Part shown: piece by piece, positions 41,829-58,072 of the stretch | How the letters are laid out: every line of letters begins with the position of its first letter | How positions within the stretch are numbered: the first letter of the stretch is position 1 | DNA from: the human T2T-CHM13v2.0 reference genome, Homo sapiens | Reading direction: 5' to 3' (one strand) | NCBI RefSeq assembly: GCF_009914755.1 | Contig: NC_060941.1 | DNA length: 64,000 nt | The notes under the pieces: generated by a model | Told to the model about the DNA's origin: nothing | Seen by the model: the letters and a program-made list of their open reading frames with translations, nothing else | Database searches by the model: none | Program-made: the position numbers and the translations under genes

Positions 41829-41917
41829 CAAACTGCCTAGTTGGGCTAGAGCTGTTGTCCCCAAAATATTTTATGTGACAGAGAAGGCTTGGAACTATTA
41901 TCCCTACACAATTACAG
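41829..41917 (+). CDS. PITPNC1: PITPNC1 coding exon 3 (89 nt)
   Basis: Acceptor tcttttttctttctttcctcttag| and donor CAG|gtaagt. Continues the exon 2 frame: (S)KLPSWARAVVPKIFYVTEKAWNYYPYTIT(E), with the PITP-family EKAWNxYPY motif. Confidence 0.97.
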
Positions 41918-42151
41918 GTAAGTCCTTAGTACAACCATATGGCACATGTAGTGAGTGCAAGGACATAGCATAGTTGAATTTCACTGATTTACAGTTGATT
42001 ATCCAAGCAGGGCCTTGTGGGAGCCCCGTAGTATCCCTCTTTTTTTTTTTGGTTTCTTACTTGTAGGTTATCAACACTTCTAACACAGACACAGAGATGG
42101 CAGGTGACAGGGGGGTTAAGCTAAGCCATTCCATCTTCGTTCTTAGAGTTA

Positions 42152-42490
<339 letters not shown>

Positions 42491-43181
42491 TTAGGGGTAT
42501 AATTTGTCTATAAACAAGTTGCTTATTATGACTTGTTTGTTTTTACCACTCCAAATTTTGACTATACTTTGTATAAAAGATTCTATTGGATCTCTCTTTG
42601 CCCCCAGATGACTTCCTTTGCTATTAGATAATATGAAAATATTTAAGGTCAGTCTCCCTCTCACTTGCAATGCGATGACAATAAACTCTTTGTACTGAAT
42701 ACTGTCCTAGAAACTTTGGCCAAAAAAACTCAGAAGGTTTGGTTCCTGCCCTCAAACACACCAAAATTTGAAATCCCACCTCAACGTCATCAATAACAAG
42801 CTCTTCTTATTGGTTACAAAAGCTGCTTTTCCACTTAAAAGATTTCCTTTGTGGTTAATGAAATACTCTACTGGAATTATTAGTCTTTCATTTGCTTTTA
42901 TAATGCCAACTCTTTGGTTTTTAATTAGCCACAAGCCTATAGGCTAATTGAATCTTGTCTTACTGTTCTTATCTGCCCAACCACATAAGTATCATGAAAG
43001 AATTTCAGTGCAACACGGAGACATTCAGTATTTATGAAAGTTTCATTAGGACATCTTTTGTAATTATAGTTCGTCAGTATTTGTTAGTTCTGTGGTTTTT
43101 ATATTGCATATAAGCATGATCTAAATCATCTTTTGTCTCTTTTTTCTTTCCTCTCTTCTTCAAATGAACATGTGGAAACAG

Positions 43182-43189
43182 AATACACA
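43182..43189 (+). CDS. PITPNC1: PITPNC1 coding exon 4, 8-nt microexon AATACACA
   Basis: Pyrimidine tract, then caaatgaacatgtggaaacag|AATACACA|gtaagt. Completes G|AA TAC ACA = E-Y-T, the residues expected after YPYTIT, and restores phase 0. Confidence 0.9.
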
Positions 43190-43825
43190 GTAAGTTCCAT
43201 TTAATTATTTTTAAACATTCTGTCTATGATCAGTGGAGTAATTGGAATGTCTCTTGTATTACTTGTCTTATCAATGTAATAATTAAAAAGGGGAATAATT
43301 CCGAGTCAGAAATATTTAAATGTAGGCTATTGCATCGTTATATATAATGCAATAATTTGAATGTTCTCATTTGTTCAAGAATGTGAATCCTAATTGAAAT
43401 CGCCTTGATAGTCACTTTACGTAATCAGCCTTTGCTTGTAATTTTTAAATAGCTTGACTGCTTTGTTGGTGATAGTTCACTATAATAAAAGAACAGTTTC
43501 TAGCAACGTGATATTAAAGAGATGATGGTAGTTATCGATGGAAGGTGGGGCTTTTACTCATGGACTGTGTCCTGATTCCTTGTTGGAGAAGCTTGAAAGT
43601 GAAGAGGCACATGTGCAAACTATTTTGCACAACAGAGATCTGGGTTGGGCAGTCGCTGTGGCTTGATAAAATTTCTTCTTCTCCTAAGAGCCTCTAGGGT
43701 TATTACTTAGACTGAAAGAAAAAAAGACAGAACCTATAATATCATTGTGTTGTGGTATTTTCATTTAGATCATTTTCCCAAGCAGCTAACAGGTCAACCT
43801 ATCACAACAAGAAAATAGTTTATGA

Positions 43826-44144
<319 letters not shown>

Positions 44145-44817
44145 TGAGCTGTGTTAAGAGTTGAGTTTTTGGGTTCAATCCAAATAGCCAAAGGATAGAG
44201 AGGTGGTGAGAGAAATGGAAGAAAATGATTTGTCATGCCCTGGGCAGGAGCATAGTACCCAACGCATCGTAGGTGCTCAATCAATAGTTATTGAATGACA
44301 GAATGAACACACAAATTCTAGATAGATAAATGGTCCCAGCACAGGCTTTGGCGTCAGAAAGGCTTGGCTGTCCTCTGGTTTTGCCACTCACTGCCAGAAT
44401 TCCTAAGCGACTGGCTCCCAACTGCCAGTTCTTGAATTCACACTGGTCCTCGACTATGTTCTCACCAGTCCTCTGCAGAATGAAGAAAAAACAGGAATAG
44501 TATTCAGAGATTTTCATAACATTAAATTTATTTCATCCAAAGTACTGTTGGTAATTATATCCCATCATACTCGGATATTAAAATATCTTTTCTTTTTTGA
44601 AATGATAGGAATATATATAGTATTTCCCCCCGCAATGTCCCTAACTTTGAAAAAAGAGGCAATTTTATGGCAAAATGCAAATGTAAAATTTTAGAAGCAG
44701 GGGAACCTTTGCTCTAGAATGAACATCTTAACTTTTCTGAACCTGTTTCCTCTTTTCTGAAATTAGAATAATCCCTCCTTCCTAGAGATGTTAGCGGAAG
44801 GATTCAGTGGTCTACCC

Positions 44818-45430
<613 letters not shown>

Positions 45431-45883
45431 TAAGTCAACGGTCATTTATTAGGCATCAGTGAGGTACAAAACATCATGCTAGATGGCATAACTGAGCAAT
45501 TATCTCTGTCATTTGGGGTCACAATCTGGTTGGAAATAGCTGGACATTCCAGTCAAAGCCTGGCAGTCATCAGCAAGTGCTGGGCTTTTCTGGAGGCAAG
45601 AGGGGACTTAGCCAAGGAAACAAGCTGGCCTCAGACCTGTCCACTGGGCTGGATAAGCTCTGAACTGAGCTGCCAGCAGAGATTCAGACCTCAGCAGAGG
45701 GCAGAATCAATGACTCTGGGGAATCCAACCAGATAAAGCAGTTGCAATGTGAAAAGAAGGGTGCTGGCCTCTGCATTGGGGCCTTGAGTTTTGGGGACAG
45801 GGCTACAGTCCCCAATGTGGGAGACAGGAAGAAAAGTACACAGCACTCAAGGAGGTTACTCAGTATCATGGTGCTGGGGAGAT

Positions 45884-46038
45884 AAGGTTGTCAACCTTAG
45901 TAAGTGAAAATACAGAATGTCCAGGTAACTTTGAATTTTCAGATAAACAGTAAATAATATTTAGTATAAGAGTGTCCCACATGTTGCATGGGACATAATT
46001 ATGCCAAAAGATTGTTGTCTCATATTTTGTCTGGCAAA
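45884..46038. mobile_element. MER53-like hAT MITE (partly deleted)
   Basis: aaaatacagaatgtccaggtaactttgaattttcagataaacag...agtataagagtgtcccacatgttgcatgggacata...tattttgtctggcaa. Confidence 0.7.
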
Positions 46039-46599
46039 TTTATGGGAGAGAGATGGTGGTGTGGAAGAACTGGTCTCAGAGACTCAAGTACAAAAATCAG
46101 TTATGAGAACAGGGCACACTGATGGGCCAAGGGAAGGGAGGGGTCCAGAAGTATGTAACGTGGGAACCCATCCTGCAATTGACATGCCATAGGAACTCTA
46201 AGGTCAGACCAGAGATTCAGCCATCTGGTCTGAATCTCTGCTGGCAGCTCAGCTCAGAGCTTGTCCAGCTCAATGGACAGGTCTGAGACTAACAGTCAAA
46301 TGCACTGATGGGACCACTCCAAGAGCCTTCCTGCCTCAGTTAGGATTGGCTCAGGAGGTGGAATGGAAGGAGCTAGGCAGAGTTCGGGAAAATTAAGTGG
46401 TAGCAGATGAATACATAACTGTCAGCATTTTAAGGAAGAACTGTGTTGCATGCAAGTGTTAGAGCTGAAGTGCAGACAGAGGATTGTAGGAAGGAGAGAG
46501 GGATTCTGCCAGGGAGAAATATGAGGAGGTTTCTCAGAGAAGGTCGCATTTGGGCTGGACCTGAAGGGACAGTACAACTCCCCCTGCAGAGGCCTGTTC

Positions 46600-46943
46600 T
46601 GTGTTAGCTCATGTTGCTCTAATGAAACACCACAGACTTGGGGGCTTGAGCAGCAGACATTTATTTCTCACAGTTGCAGAAGCTGAAAGTGCGACTGGGT
46701 TCCTGGTGAGGGCTGTCTTCCTGGTAAGCACGTGGCCATCTTCTTGCTATGCCCTCACATGGCAGAGACAGAGCAAGTTCTCTGGTCTCATCTTTGAAGG
46801 GCACTAATCCCATCATGAGGGCCCCACCCTCGTGACCTCATCCCTACCTGATTAGTCCCAAAATCCCATCTCCAAACACCATTGCACTGGGGATTACAGC
46901 TTCAACATAGGAATTTGGGGGAGACACAGTTCGGCCCATAGTA
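46600..46943 (-). mobile_element. MLT1A-like MaLR LTR
   Basis: aaacaccacagacttgggggctt...acatttatttctcacagtt...gggcactaatcccatcatgagggccccaccctcgtgacctc...gaatttgggggagacaca. Confidence 0.85.
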
Positions 46944-49170
46944 TGCTCCTTCCAGGACCAGTGGGCAAGTGATGGAGGTGGATCCTGGCCACCTGGACAC
47001 ATGGATGGAGGGCAGGTCGTGGTGTTTTCAATGTCAGGTCAAGGTCTAGATTTAATTCTCTGTGAGGAGGTCACATTGTTCCTGGCTAGTTCACTTTTAT
47101 TTTCCATCCCAAATATAGGACAGCTTTTCTTTCCATCTCCCTGGTGACAAGGGGATCCGGATTTTTCTCTCTGGCTCTAGTGCAGTCCTCCGGGCCCACA
47201 GTGTGCGGTTTGAAGCTGCCACCTCTTGACTCAGATTCAGCCGTGTTCTCACGCTCTCTGTCCACGACAGCCCTGGTGGCAGAACCCACCCTTGACTCTG
47301 ACTACAGAGTCTGCACCCAGGATTTATGACAGATGCTTTCAGTTGCCTTAGTCTTTTTTCCTGTTTTAAATGCTTTTGAATTGTGCTCTTTATCCCCTGA
47401 TCCTTTAATCCTAAATACCTCTTCTTGCTGTCTTTCCCAAGCTCCATAGTTCCTGTTCGGTGCCTCAAAGCAAAACTTCCCCAAGGTCAGAGCCCCAGTT
47501 AGGATCACGGTGCCCTTCCTTTCCTCAGAGAGGCAGCCCGGAGGGCTCAGAAACCTCCAAACCAATGTCTCTTCTTGGAAAGCATTAGTCCAGAGCACGA
47601 GGATGTCTATACTAGGATCCCCTAGGTCTTATATCTGACTGTTTAGCCTATTACTCAGACCTCATGCTGCCCTCATTCGTGACAAAGCCCAGGCAAAGAA
47701 ACCTATTTAGAGTCATCTAGGGCTTCAGCACTATCACAATTATCAAGACATAAGAGCTTTTTCATCACTGTGAGTGACTGCGTGTGTTTAGAATTATGTG
47801 GAAATGCCATTTGCCCAGGAAGTGGGAAAAACATCTTTAGCTTGCTTATGGGAAAAAAAAAACACTTAATTATACAGTAAACAACAACACAATGACAGTT
47901 TCACAGAGGACAGACCATTCAACCAGTTCTTCCAAACTGGTGGGTTCTTCTGAAGTTGGTAAAGTCTGCAAAGAAAGGTGCCTGAGGAGACTGGCTGCCT
48001 TCCAAAGGAGTTGATTTTGTTTTTCTAGAGCTAAAAAAAAAAAAAAGTCTGCGCTTTCAGATGAGCATAAATCAGCAGTATCAATTCAGCCTTGGTACTA
48101 ATGAAGAACAAAGGATTTTCTTCTTGTTTGTAGGAATTTGAAATCTTAAGTTACAGGAAATGGATAGCAGGGACCTAGAGTAATACAGTTGGCGTATATA
48201 TTTTGCGACCGTGATCACCCCTCTCCACCGGCATCTCTCTTAATAAGAATCCACAAAAGAGGAGAAATGGGATGCACCTTTGTGTTAGTTAGAATGACAG
48301 AAGCAAAGGCAGATGGGTTGTCAATGTTACCCAACATTTTAAATTATTTAGATGAGAGAGGTGGAAAAATAAAATTGCAACAGACCAGGGAGGATGAAAT
48401 GACTCTTTCATGAGAACCTCAAATCGTATTGAGCCACTATGAGAGAGAGATTACTCAGGGCTGGTTTAGAAGAGCCAAGAAAGAGAGGAAAGGCTGCTCA
48501 CAGCTGAGAGTCTGTCATCAGTCACCCCAGGTGAACCCGGGTTATCTGCCCAGGAGTGGCCATGGGGAGAATGAGGTGTGTTTCTGAAAGCCACTAAACT
48601 ATCTGGGATAGGAATTGCCCTCACAGTCTGGGCCTTATCAAGCTCCCCCAGTAATCCAAAGAGCTGATAGGTGCTGTGTTTAGAGACCAGTGACCCCCAT
48701 TCCTCCCAAGCCCCGTCTCCTTTCTTAAGCCTTTCTTCCCCGCACCTTCCCCTGAGTCCCAGCCAAGGGGCAGTACAAACCACTGTATTTCATAACTAGG
48801 AACACAGGAACAAGTCCAGGGAAGATTATGTTTATTATACCAGACCTCTAGGATTGGGCTTGTTAGGAAATTAAAGAAAAAAAATCTGGCTATCTCATCT
48901 ACGATGTAAGCTAAGAGGGTGAAAGTCCCTAAGAGTCCCTTCTTTGAGGCCATGGAGTCAGGAGTTAGCGGGTTAGGAAATAACTTTTATCTATGTATCA
49001 CAATTAACCCTCGATATTTAGTGCAGTACATAATTTTTTTTAGACAAAGGGAAATATCCTTTTTTTAGGGACCAGGCCAAAGAAACAGTCCTCCAGTTGG
49101 GGGCACTGATGAGCAAGGCAGCAATTAGGCACGGGCCTGAAAAGCACCCTTGTGGAGAAGAGGACAGTAA

Positions 49171-49485
<315 letters not shown>

Positions 49486-50738
49486 TTATGTGAGACCGGT
49501 GTCATCACAGAGCCAGAACGACCAAGCTCAAAAATCGTCACAGTTCTAGAGAATTTAGATGGAAGCAGTCTAGAACCATTTATAACTACCATTCAAGATG
49601 GTACACAGCCCATTAAGTAAGGGATGGGCTATACAGAGCTAAACAGATTTTATAATTATAGGACTTCTCAGAGCCTTTCTTATTCTAATGTACATTGTGA
49701 ATCTCCAAAGGGAGCTGTGGCATGCAACGTTTCCCGAGCTGATTTGTCCAAGGGATCTTGGATTTTGCAAGGCCAATCTTTTAAGACTTAGAGGTGTTCC
49801 AGAAACTTCTCTTTAGGTCAGAGCCATTATGTGCCCACTAACTATGCCAGTGGATCAATTCTATTTCAGTAAATGTTATTTTCTTCTAAATTTCAGCGAG
49901 CTAATGTGTTGCCTGAAGATGACTATTACTCAGATACCAAAGTTTTTTGAAGAATGCCCAACAGTAATGGAAGTGTTTTATTTTTAGAATCAGGTGACAC
50001 AGAACCCGTAAGTTCCTTTTCAAGCAAAGTCAGTTCTGTTCAACCACACAGCAAAGTCAGCAGTACGTTGGGATGGCAGTGGGTTTGTGCATTTGGATTT
50101 GTTTCCATTTAGAAAATGAACTGGTTGTATGGACGAGCCAGTTGCAAACCAGCCTATTCACAGATGTACCGCTGCCCTTGTGTGGGACCAGAGCTCGCCT
50201 CTACATCTCAGCACCCCAATTAGTGCCTGGTGAAGCAGGAGCTTTGGAACAGCCAGTTTTGTTTGTTCAGATTATCCCGTTTCCACTTGCTCTAGCTGTT
50301 CCCAAGCTCTTCTTTGGACTTCAGAGAAAATTAATTCAGCCATTTTGAGGGGAAAGAGCAGGTGATAGAACACGTGGCTCTACTGTAACAAAACATAACA
50401 TTTTAAAATTGTTTGCATTTTTTTAACACCACTCGAAATGACTTTACAGAGGGCAATCAGCAGAGAAAACAGAGTTGTTTAAGGGAATGTTTGGTAGAAG
50501 ATTTTACTAAGAAATTCTCCTTTTCTTCTTTTTTGTTTATTTTCCACTTGCAGTACTGAAAAATTTGATTTCCCTTCTGCAGTTTACAAATGTCTGTGGA
50601 GTTGTGTTCAGCTCAGTTGTTGAGATCTGCAGAATACAACTGGAAAGATTTTGTGAGCAGATTTCTTTCTGTAAAAATAAAACAGTATGACTATGGGTAT
50701 ACCAACATAGTATATTTCAGGGATTAAAGTGAATGCAA

Positions 50739-51113
<375 letters not shown>

Positions 51114-51319
51114 TTACTGTCTAGACAAGTGTTGATACATCTTTTCAGTTCAGAATTTTAAACATCGATTCTACTTTCTTAAGTGAGAATTTGCTAGGTT
51201 GGTGAAGGGGGATGATTCTTAACCCTTTTTAACTGAGAAGGCTTGCCGTCTGAAAGTTTCTTACCTGGCCATATGCTCACCTGTATTTGGGAAGTCACAC
51301 TGATCCATTCCCATCTCTG

Positions 51320-51461
51320 TTATTATTATTTTTAATTATAAATTAGAGGCAGGTTTTCGCTATGTTGCCCAGGCTAATTTTGACCTCCTGGGCTCAAGCA
51401 ATCCTCCTGCCTCAGCCTCCCAAAGTGCTGGGATTACAGGCGTGAGCCATCACGCCTGGCC
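51320..51461 (-). mobile_element. FLAM-like Alu monomer
   Basis: Single left arm; TSD atctctgttatt. Confidence 0.85.
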
Positions 51462-53385
51462 CTATCTCTGTTATTTACATGCAATTCTTTTTATTTGATG
51501 TGGTCTCCCTGTCTCTTTAAATTCTTGTCTTGCCATTATAGTATGTAGATATCAGTATTCATGAGCATCCTCTGCTTATTTCTGCCTTGACAAGTCCAGC
51601 CCTAGATCGTATGAGCCTGAATTTCGTTTCCCTGCATGATTATCCTAGAAGTGCAAGTGAGTAGCAAACCATCCCCCATTCAGAAAACATGCTTTCATTC
51701 ATGTCTTCGGCTCTGTCTCCCTTCTGGCCTTGCTTTCCTAGTGAGTTGCTATTACTCAGCATGTCAGAGGACGGGAAGAGGATCCATGAGTGAATGAACT
51801 AATGAATGAACAGAAGCCTCTGTGTAGGGTGCGGGCTGGTGAGGAGCAGCGGAGAGGCCCGCGTGCATTTCCATGCTGTAGCTGGAATACAAGCAGCTGT
51901 TTTCCGGCTGTGTTTCGGAGCTCTGCCTTCCACACAGTCCCTTCCTCTCACCCTCCTCCACATCTCTTTCAGGTCCCACCATTCCTCTTGGCCACATTTT
52001 TCTTCCTATGCAGCATATATTTAGGAAGTCACTCTGATTCATCCTCATCTCTATTATTTACATGCAATTCCTTTTCTTCCTTTCCTCTTTCCTTGAAAAG
52101 TCTACTTTTTTTTTCCCCACTTGAGTTCTTCTTCTCACTTTTGTGGAACTATCTTCTTTGCAATTTTTTTCTCCAACTACCCTGTCACCATAACCACCCA
52201 CCTTATTTGTATCTAAAGTCATACGTAACCCTCACAAGGCAGAAGGGCGAAGGGAGCTCAAATATCTCCCCTTATTTCCTTTGCATCTTTGCCTGTATGA
52301 TAACTAAGGTTCTGAGTAGAGGGTGACGGCCAGACATTTACCTTTTCGAAATTGATGTGTGTATTAAAGATCTTCTGTGCACAAAACAGAAATTTATATT
52401 TTGCCTTCCAAGCGTGGGGTAAAATTTCTATCAAAATGGGGAGATAAAAATTTTTTAATGAATAAAGGAAGCTGAAAGGTATTTTAAGATCTAGGTTCTA
52501 CCAACTGTCTGTATACACATTTATCATCCACTTTCTTCTACTTTTCAAGCAACACAGGCTTTTCTCATTTATTTTCCAGTAGCTCCAGCCTCAGAGTCCT
52601 GGAAGATAATAAGCCCTAAACTCTATGCCTGCCCTCATTAGCACTGTGGAACATTCTGGATGTGAGTCTCCTGTTGGTGAACAGAGGAAACACTTGCAAA
52701 TCTAGTTTTATTAATGATCCCATCTTAAGTTGCAATTCCCAGTGTGGCTTTGGAGCACAGTTAATATGACAATATAGAATACAGTACCAGAGAATCGATG
52801 TCATCTACAGGGGAACTCCATTAGAGAGAAAGTCAAGTCTGTATAGAGTTTCGTGCTTGTGGATAGCAGGGAACACGTTCTACATACTGTTGGAACAAGA
52901 TGGCAAGAGAAGAATGCATTGAATTCCAGATAAAAGCTAAAAGGAAATTGTCTTTTAAAAGCCTATAAATACTTCATCAACCCCAAGCCAGCTCCTCAAC
53001 TCTTCCATTTAACTTTCTTGATGTTAGGCCCGTTGTAAAGTGCTGCTCTCAGACATGGAAGAATTTGGGCTGGTAAACAAGAATAAAGCGTTGAGTTACT
53101 GGGCTGAGGGTTCTTCTCAATGAGTGGTTTTCAAACTGTCCTCCTTTAGGTCCAGGAGATTCCATGGACAGGTCTCAGTGGCCATTCTGTCCCTAATATT
53201 TTATTTAAAGAAAAACTCTGATGCCAGTTAAAATGGTTTGAAAACTACTGAACTGTAATATCTCTCAGCTCCTGCCCTACTCTAAAGACCATGAATAAGT
53301 GTGATGTATGTGGGACAGGAACCACTTGAAGCAGCAGTTCCCAAATTTAACAGATTTGCAACTCCTCTGTCTACTTAGTGGTGCT

Positions 53386-54218
53386 TATATTAGTCAAGGT
53401 TCTCCAGAGAGACAGAACCAATGGTGGGGGAGATGTGGGGAGAGAGAGAAATGGGTGGATGGATAGATAGATTAGATAGCTAGATTAGATATGTAGATTA
53501 GATAGATGGATGAATAGATAGATGATTGATAGATATTAACAGATAAGAGAGATGGATAGATAGATTAGCTAGATTAAGTAGATAGATAGATGATAGATAT
53601 TAATAGATAGATTGATTAGATAGGTAGATTGGATGGATGGATGGATTGATAGATATTAACAGATAGATGGATAGATTAGATAGGTAGACAGATTAGATAA
53701 AAAGATAGATTAGATAGGTAGATTGGGTGGATGGATGGATGGATGGATGGATGGATGGATGGATGAGAGGGGATTTGCTAGGGAAATTGGCTCACATGAT
53801 TAGGGAAGCTGAGAAGTCCCACAACAGCCCACCTGCAAGTTGGAGACCCTGGGGTGCCAGTAGTGTGGCTGAGTCCAAGTCAGAAGGCTTAGAACCAGGG
53901 GAGCCACGAGTGTAGGTCCTGGAGTCCAAAGGCTGAGGAGCCTGGAGTCGTTATCCAAGGACAGGAGGGGAGGAGTGTGTCCCCACTCCAGCAGATAGAT
54001 CCATACATTTGCCTTTCCTCTGTATTGGTCCTCTCCAGCCCCTCAGCAGGTTGGATGGTGCCCACCCACATTGAGGATGGATCTTCCTCACCTAGTGCAT
54101 ACCAACTCACATGACAGTCTCTGGAAACACCCTCACAGACACACCTAAAATAAGGCTTTACTAGGCTTCTAGGTATTCCTTAATCTAGTCAAGTTGACGC
54201 CTAAAATTAACCATCATA
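53386..54218 (-). mobile_element. MLT2 (ERVL) solo LTR with an expanded internal STR
   Basis: tatattagtcaaggttctccagagagacagaaccaat...ggaaattggctcacatgatt...ggaaacaccctcacagacacacc...tcaagttgacgcctaaaattaaccatcata; 5-bp TSD gtgct/gtgtt. Confidence 0.88.
53451..53764. repeat. Complex (GATA)n/(GGAT)n tetranucleotide repeat
   Basis: Directly visible; ends in a pure run of about 9 GGAT units. Confidence 0.95.
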
Positions 54219-54477
54219 GTGTTCTTTATAACATAATCCTCTTTAAGTTAAAGTAGATTAAATTATAAGAATTTTTGGAAAACCTTGTGACTTCCTGTAA
54301 GATAATATAGTTACTCTGGGATGCCATTGATGTATTCACTCATTTTTAAATTGGATTTAAATTTTTTCTGCTTACTAAAATAGTAGATATTTATTGTAAC
54401 ATCCAAGCATTATAAAAATCTATACCACAGAAAATAAAAGAACTTCATAATTTCCACTACTCTCCTCCATGAGAATA

Positions 54478-56091
<1,614 letters not shown>

Positions 56092-56429
56092 TAATAAGAA
56101 TTAACCTAAGCCATTATATTTCAATTCAGTTTTTGAAAATTATTGTGTTTTCAAGGTACTAGGGTAATTTGGCATCTAAAGGAATACCAATGAATTTCTG
56201 AAATGAATAATTATTTCCCTAATATATCTTTTGAGTAACTCCTGCTTTTCCTGATTTGGGTTTGTTTGAAGCAAGGCACGTCTATCATATGACAGATTCA
56301 CACACACATATTTTCTCTGCTGTTAGTGGCCACAGCACATACTGAGAAGCAAAGCCTGTGCTTTCAACCTCTGCTTCCCTGGAAGCACTTCCATGATTTC
56401 CTGATACTTAAGAATCAGCATGAGATCAC

Positions 56430-56635
56430 AAGCATGCATGTCAGAGCTAGACAGCCTGGCTTGAATCCCATCTCCTCTATGCATTTGTTGTGTGACTTAC
56501 AGCACACTGTTGGACCTTTCCGTGCCTTTGTTTCTTCATCTGTAAAATGGGGATGTATGAGGGTTAATGAGTTAATAGATGAACTAATATATATCAAATA
56601 CTCGGACCAGTGCCTGTTGACAGGAAGGACGGTAT
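56430..56635 (+). mobile_element. MIR
   Basis: agagctagacagcctggcttgaatccc...tttcttcatctgtaaaatgggga. Confidence 0.75.
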
Positions 56636-56766
56636 AACACTATTGTCATTATAACCTCTGTATTGGGTTGTGTCTGTCCCTCACTGGACATGTGGAATGT
56701 TGGCCAGGTCTCCTTTGGATTGTCATTTTGACCCAGAACCTCCCAGAGTTAAGAAATACCTGGACA

Positions 56767-57060
56767 GGCCAGGCGCGGTGGCTCACGCCTGTAATCCCAG
56801 CACTTTGGGAGGCCAAGGCAGGCGGATCATGAGGTCAGGAGATCGAGACCATCCTGGCTAACATGGTAAACCCCATTTCTACTAAAAATACAAAAAATTA
56901 GCCAGGCGTGGTGGCAGGTGCCTATAGTCCCAGCTAGTCAGGAGGCTGAAGCAGGAGAATGGCATGAACCTGGGAGGCAGAGCGTGCAGTGAGCCAAAAT
57001 TGCGCCACTGCAATCCAGCCTGGGCGACAGAGTGAGACTCCATCTCCAAAAAAAAAAGAA
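56767..57060 (+). mobile_element. AluY/Sc-like
   Basis: Sense Alu; TSD aagaaatacctgg. Confidence 0.93.
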
Positions 57061-57069
57061 ATACCTGGG

Positions 57070-58072
57070 CGACGAGACGTGCTATCAAGGAGGTGGGGAA
57101 GTTGGAACTCTCCTACACTGTTCATGGGAATGTACAAGGGTGCAGCCACTTTGGAATGGGGTAGCCGTCTGGAAGTTCCTCAGAAGGTTAAACATAGAGT
57201 TACAGTGTGATCAGCAATTCCACTCTAGGTATACACTCAAGAGAAATGAAAACATGGCCGGGCGCAGTGGCTCACACCTGTAATCCCAGCACTTTGGGAG
57301 GCCGAGGTGGGTGGATCACGAGGTCAGGAGTTTGAGACCAGCCTGGCCAACATGGTGAAACCCCATCTCTACCAAAAATACAAAAATTAGCTAGGTATGG
57401 TGGCAGGTGCCTGTAATCCCAGCTAGTCTGGAGGCTGAGGCAGGAGAATCGCTTGAACCCAGGGGGTGGAATTGCAATGAGCCAAGATCACACCACTGCA
57501 CTCCAGCCTGGGCAACAGAGTGAGACTCCATTTCAAAAAGAAAGAAAGAAAGGAGAAGAGAAGAGAAAAGAAGAAAGAAGAAAGAAAGATAGAAATCCAC
57601 ACAAAAACTCGCACAAGAATAGCTGTGGCAGTATTGTTCATAGTAGCCAAAAAATAGAAACAAATGTTCATCAACTGATAAATGGAGAAATCAGATGTAG
57701 TATGTCCGTACAATGGACTATCATTCGGCCAGAAAAAGGAATGGAGTACCCATACATGCTAGAACATGGATGAGCCTTGAAAACATGCTAAGGGAAAGAA
57801 GCCAGGAACAAAAGACCACATATGATACACTTCCATTTGTAGGAAATGTATAGAATAGACAAATCTTAGAGTAGATTAGGAGTTGCGTACATTGTGGTGC
57901 TGCAGGTAGGCGGGAATGGGGACGTGACTGCTGATGGATACAGGGCTTCTTTGGGAGGTAATGGAAATGTTCTAAAATTAGATTGTCCTAATGGTTGTAT
58001 AACTCTGAATATACTGAACACCATTAACTTGTATACTTGAAATGGGTGAATTATATGGTATGTGAATAAAGC
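57070..58072 (+). mobile_element. L1MB 3' end interrupted by an AluS (57256-57590, +), followed by an AluJ fragment (58075-58212, -)
   Basis: cagcaattccactctaggtata...gtattgttcatagtagccaaaaaatagaaacaa...ggaaatgttctaaaattagattg...gggtgaattatatggtatgtgaataaa. Confidence 0.82.

Noticed and set aside
45884-46038. MER53 as a miRNA-like hairpin source
   Set aside because: Much of one arm of the palindrome is deleted in this copy, so a long precursor stem is not supported.
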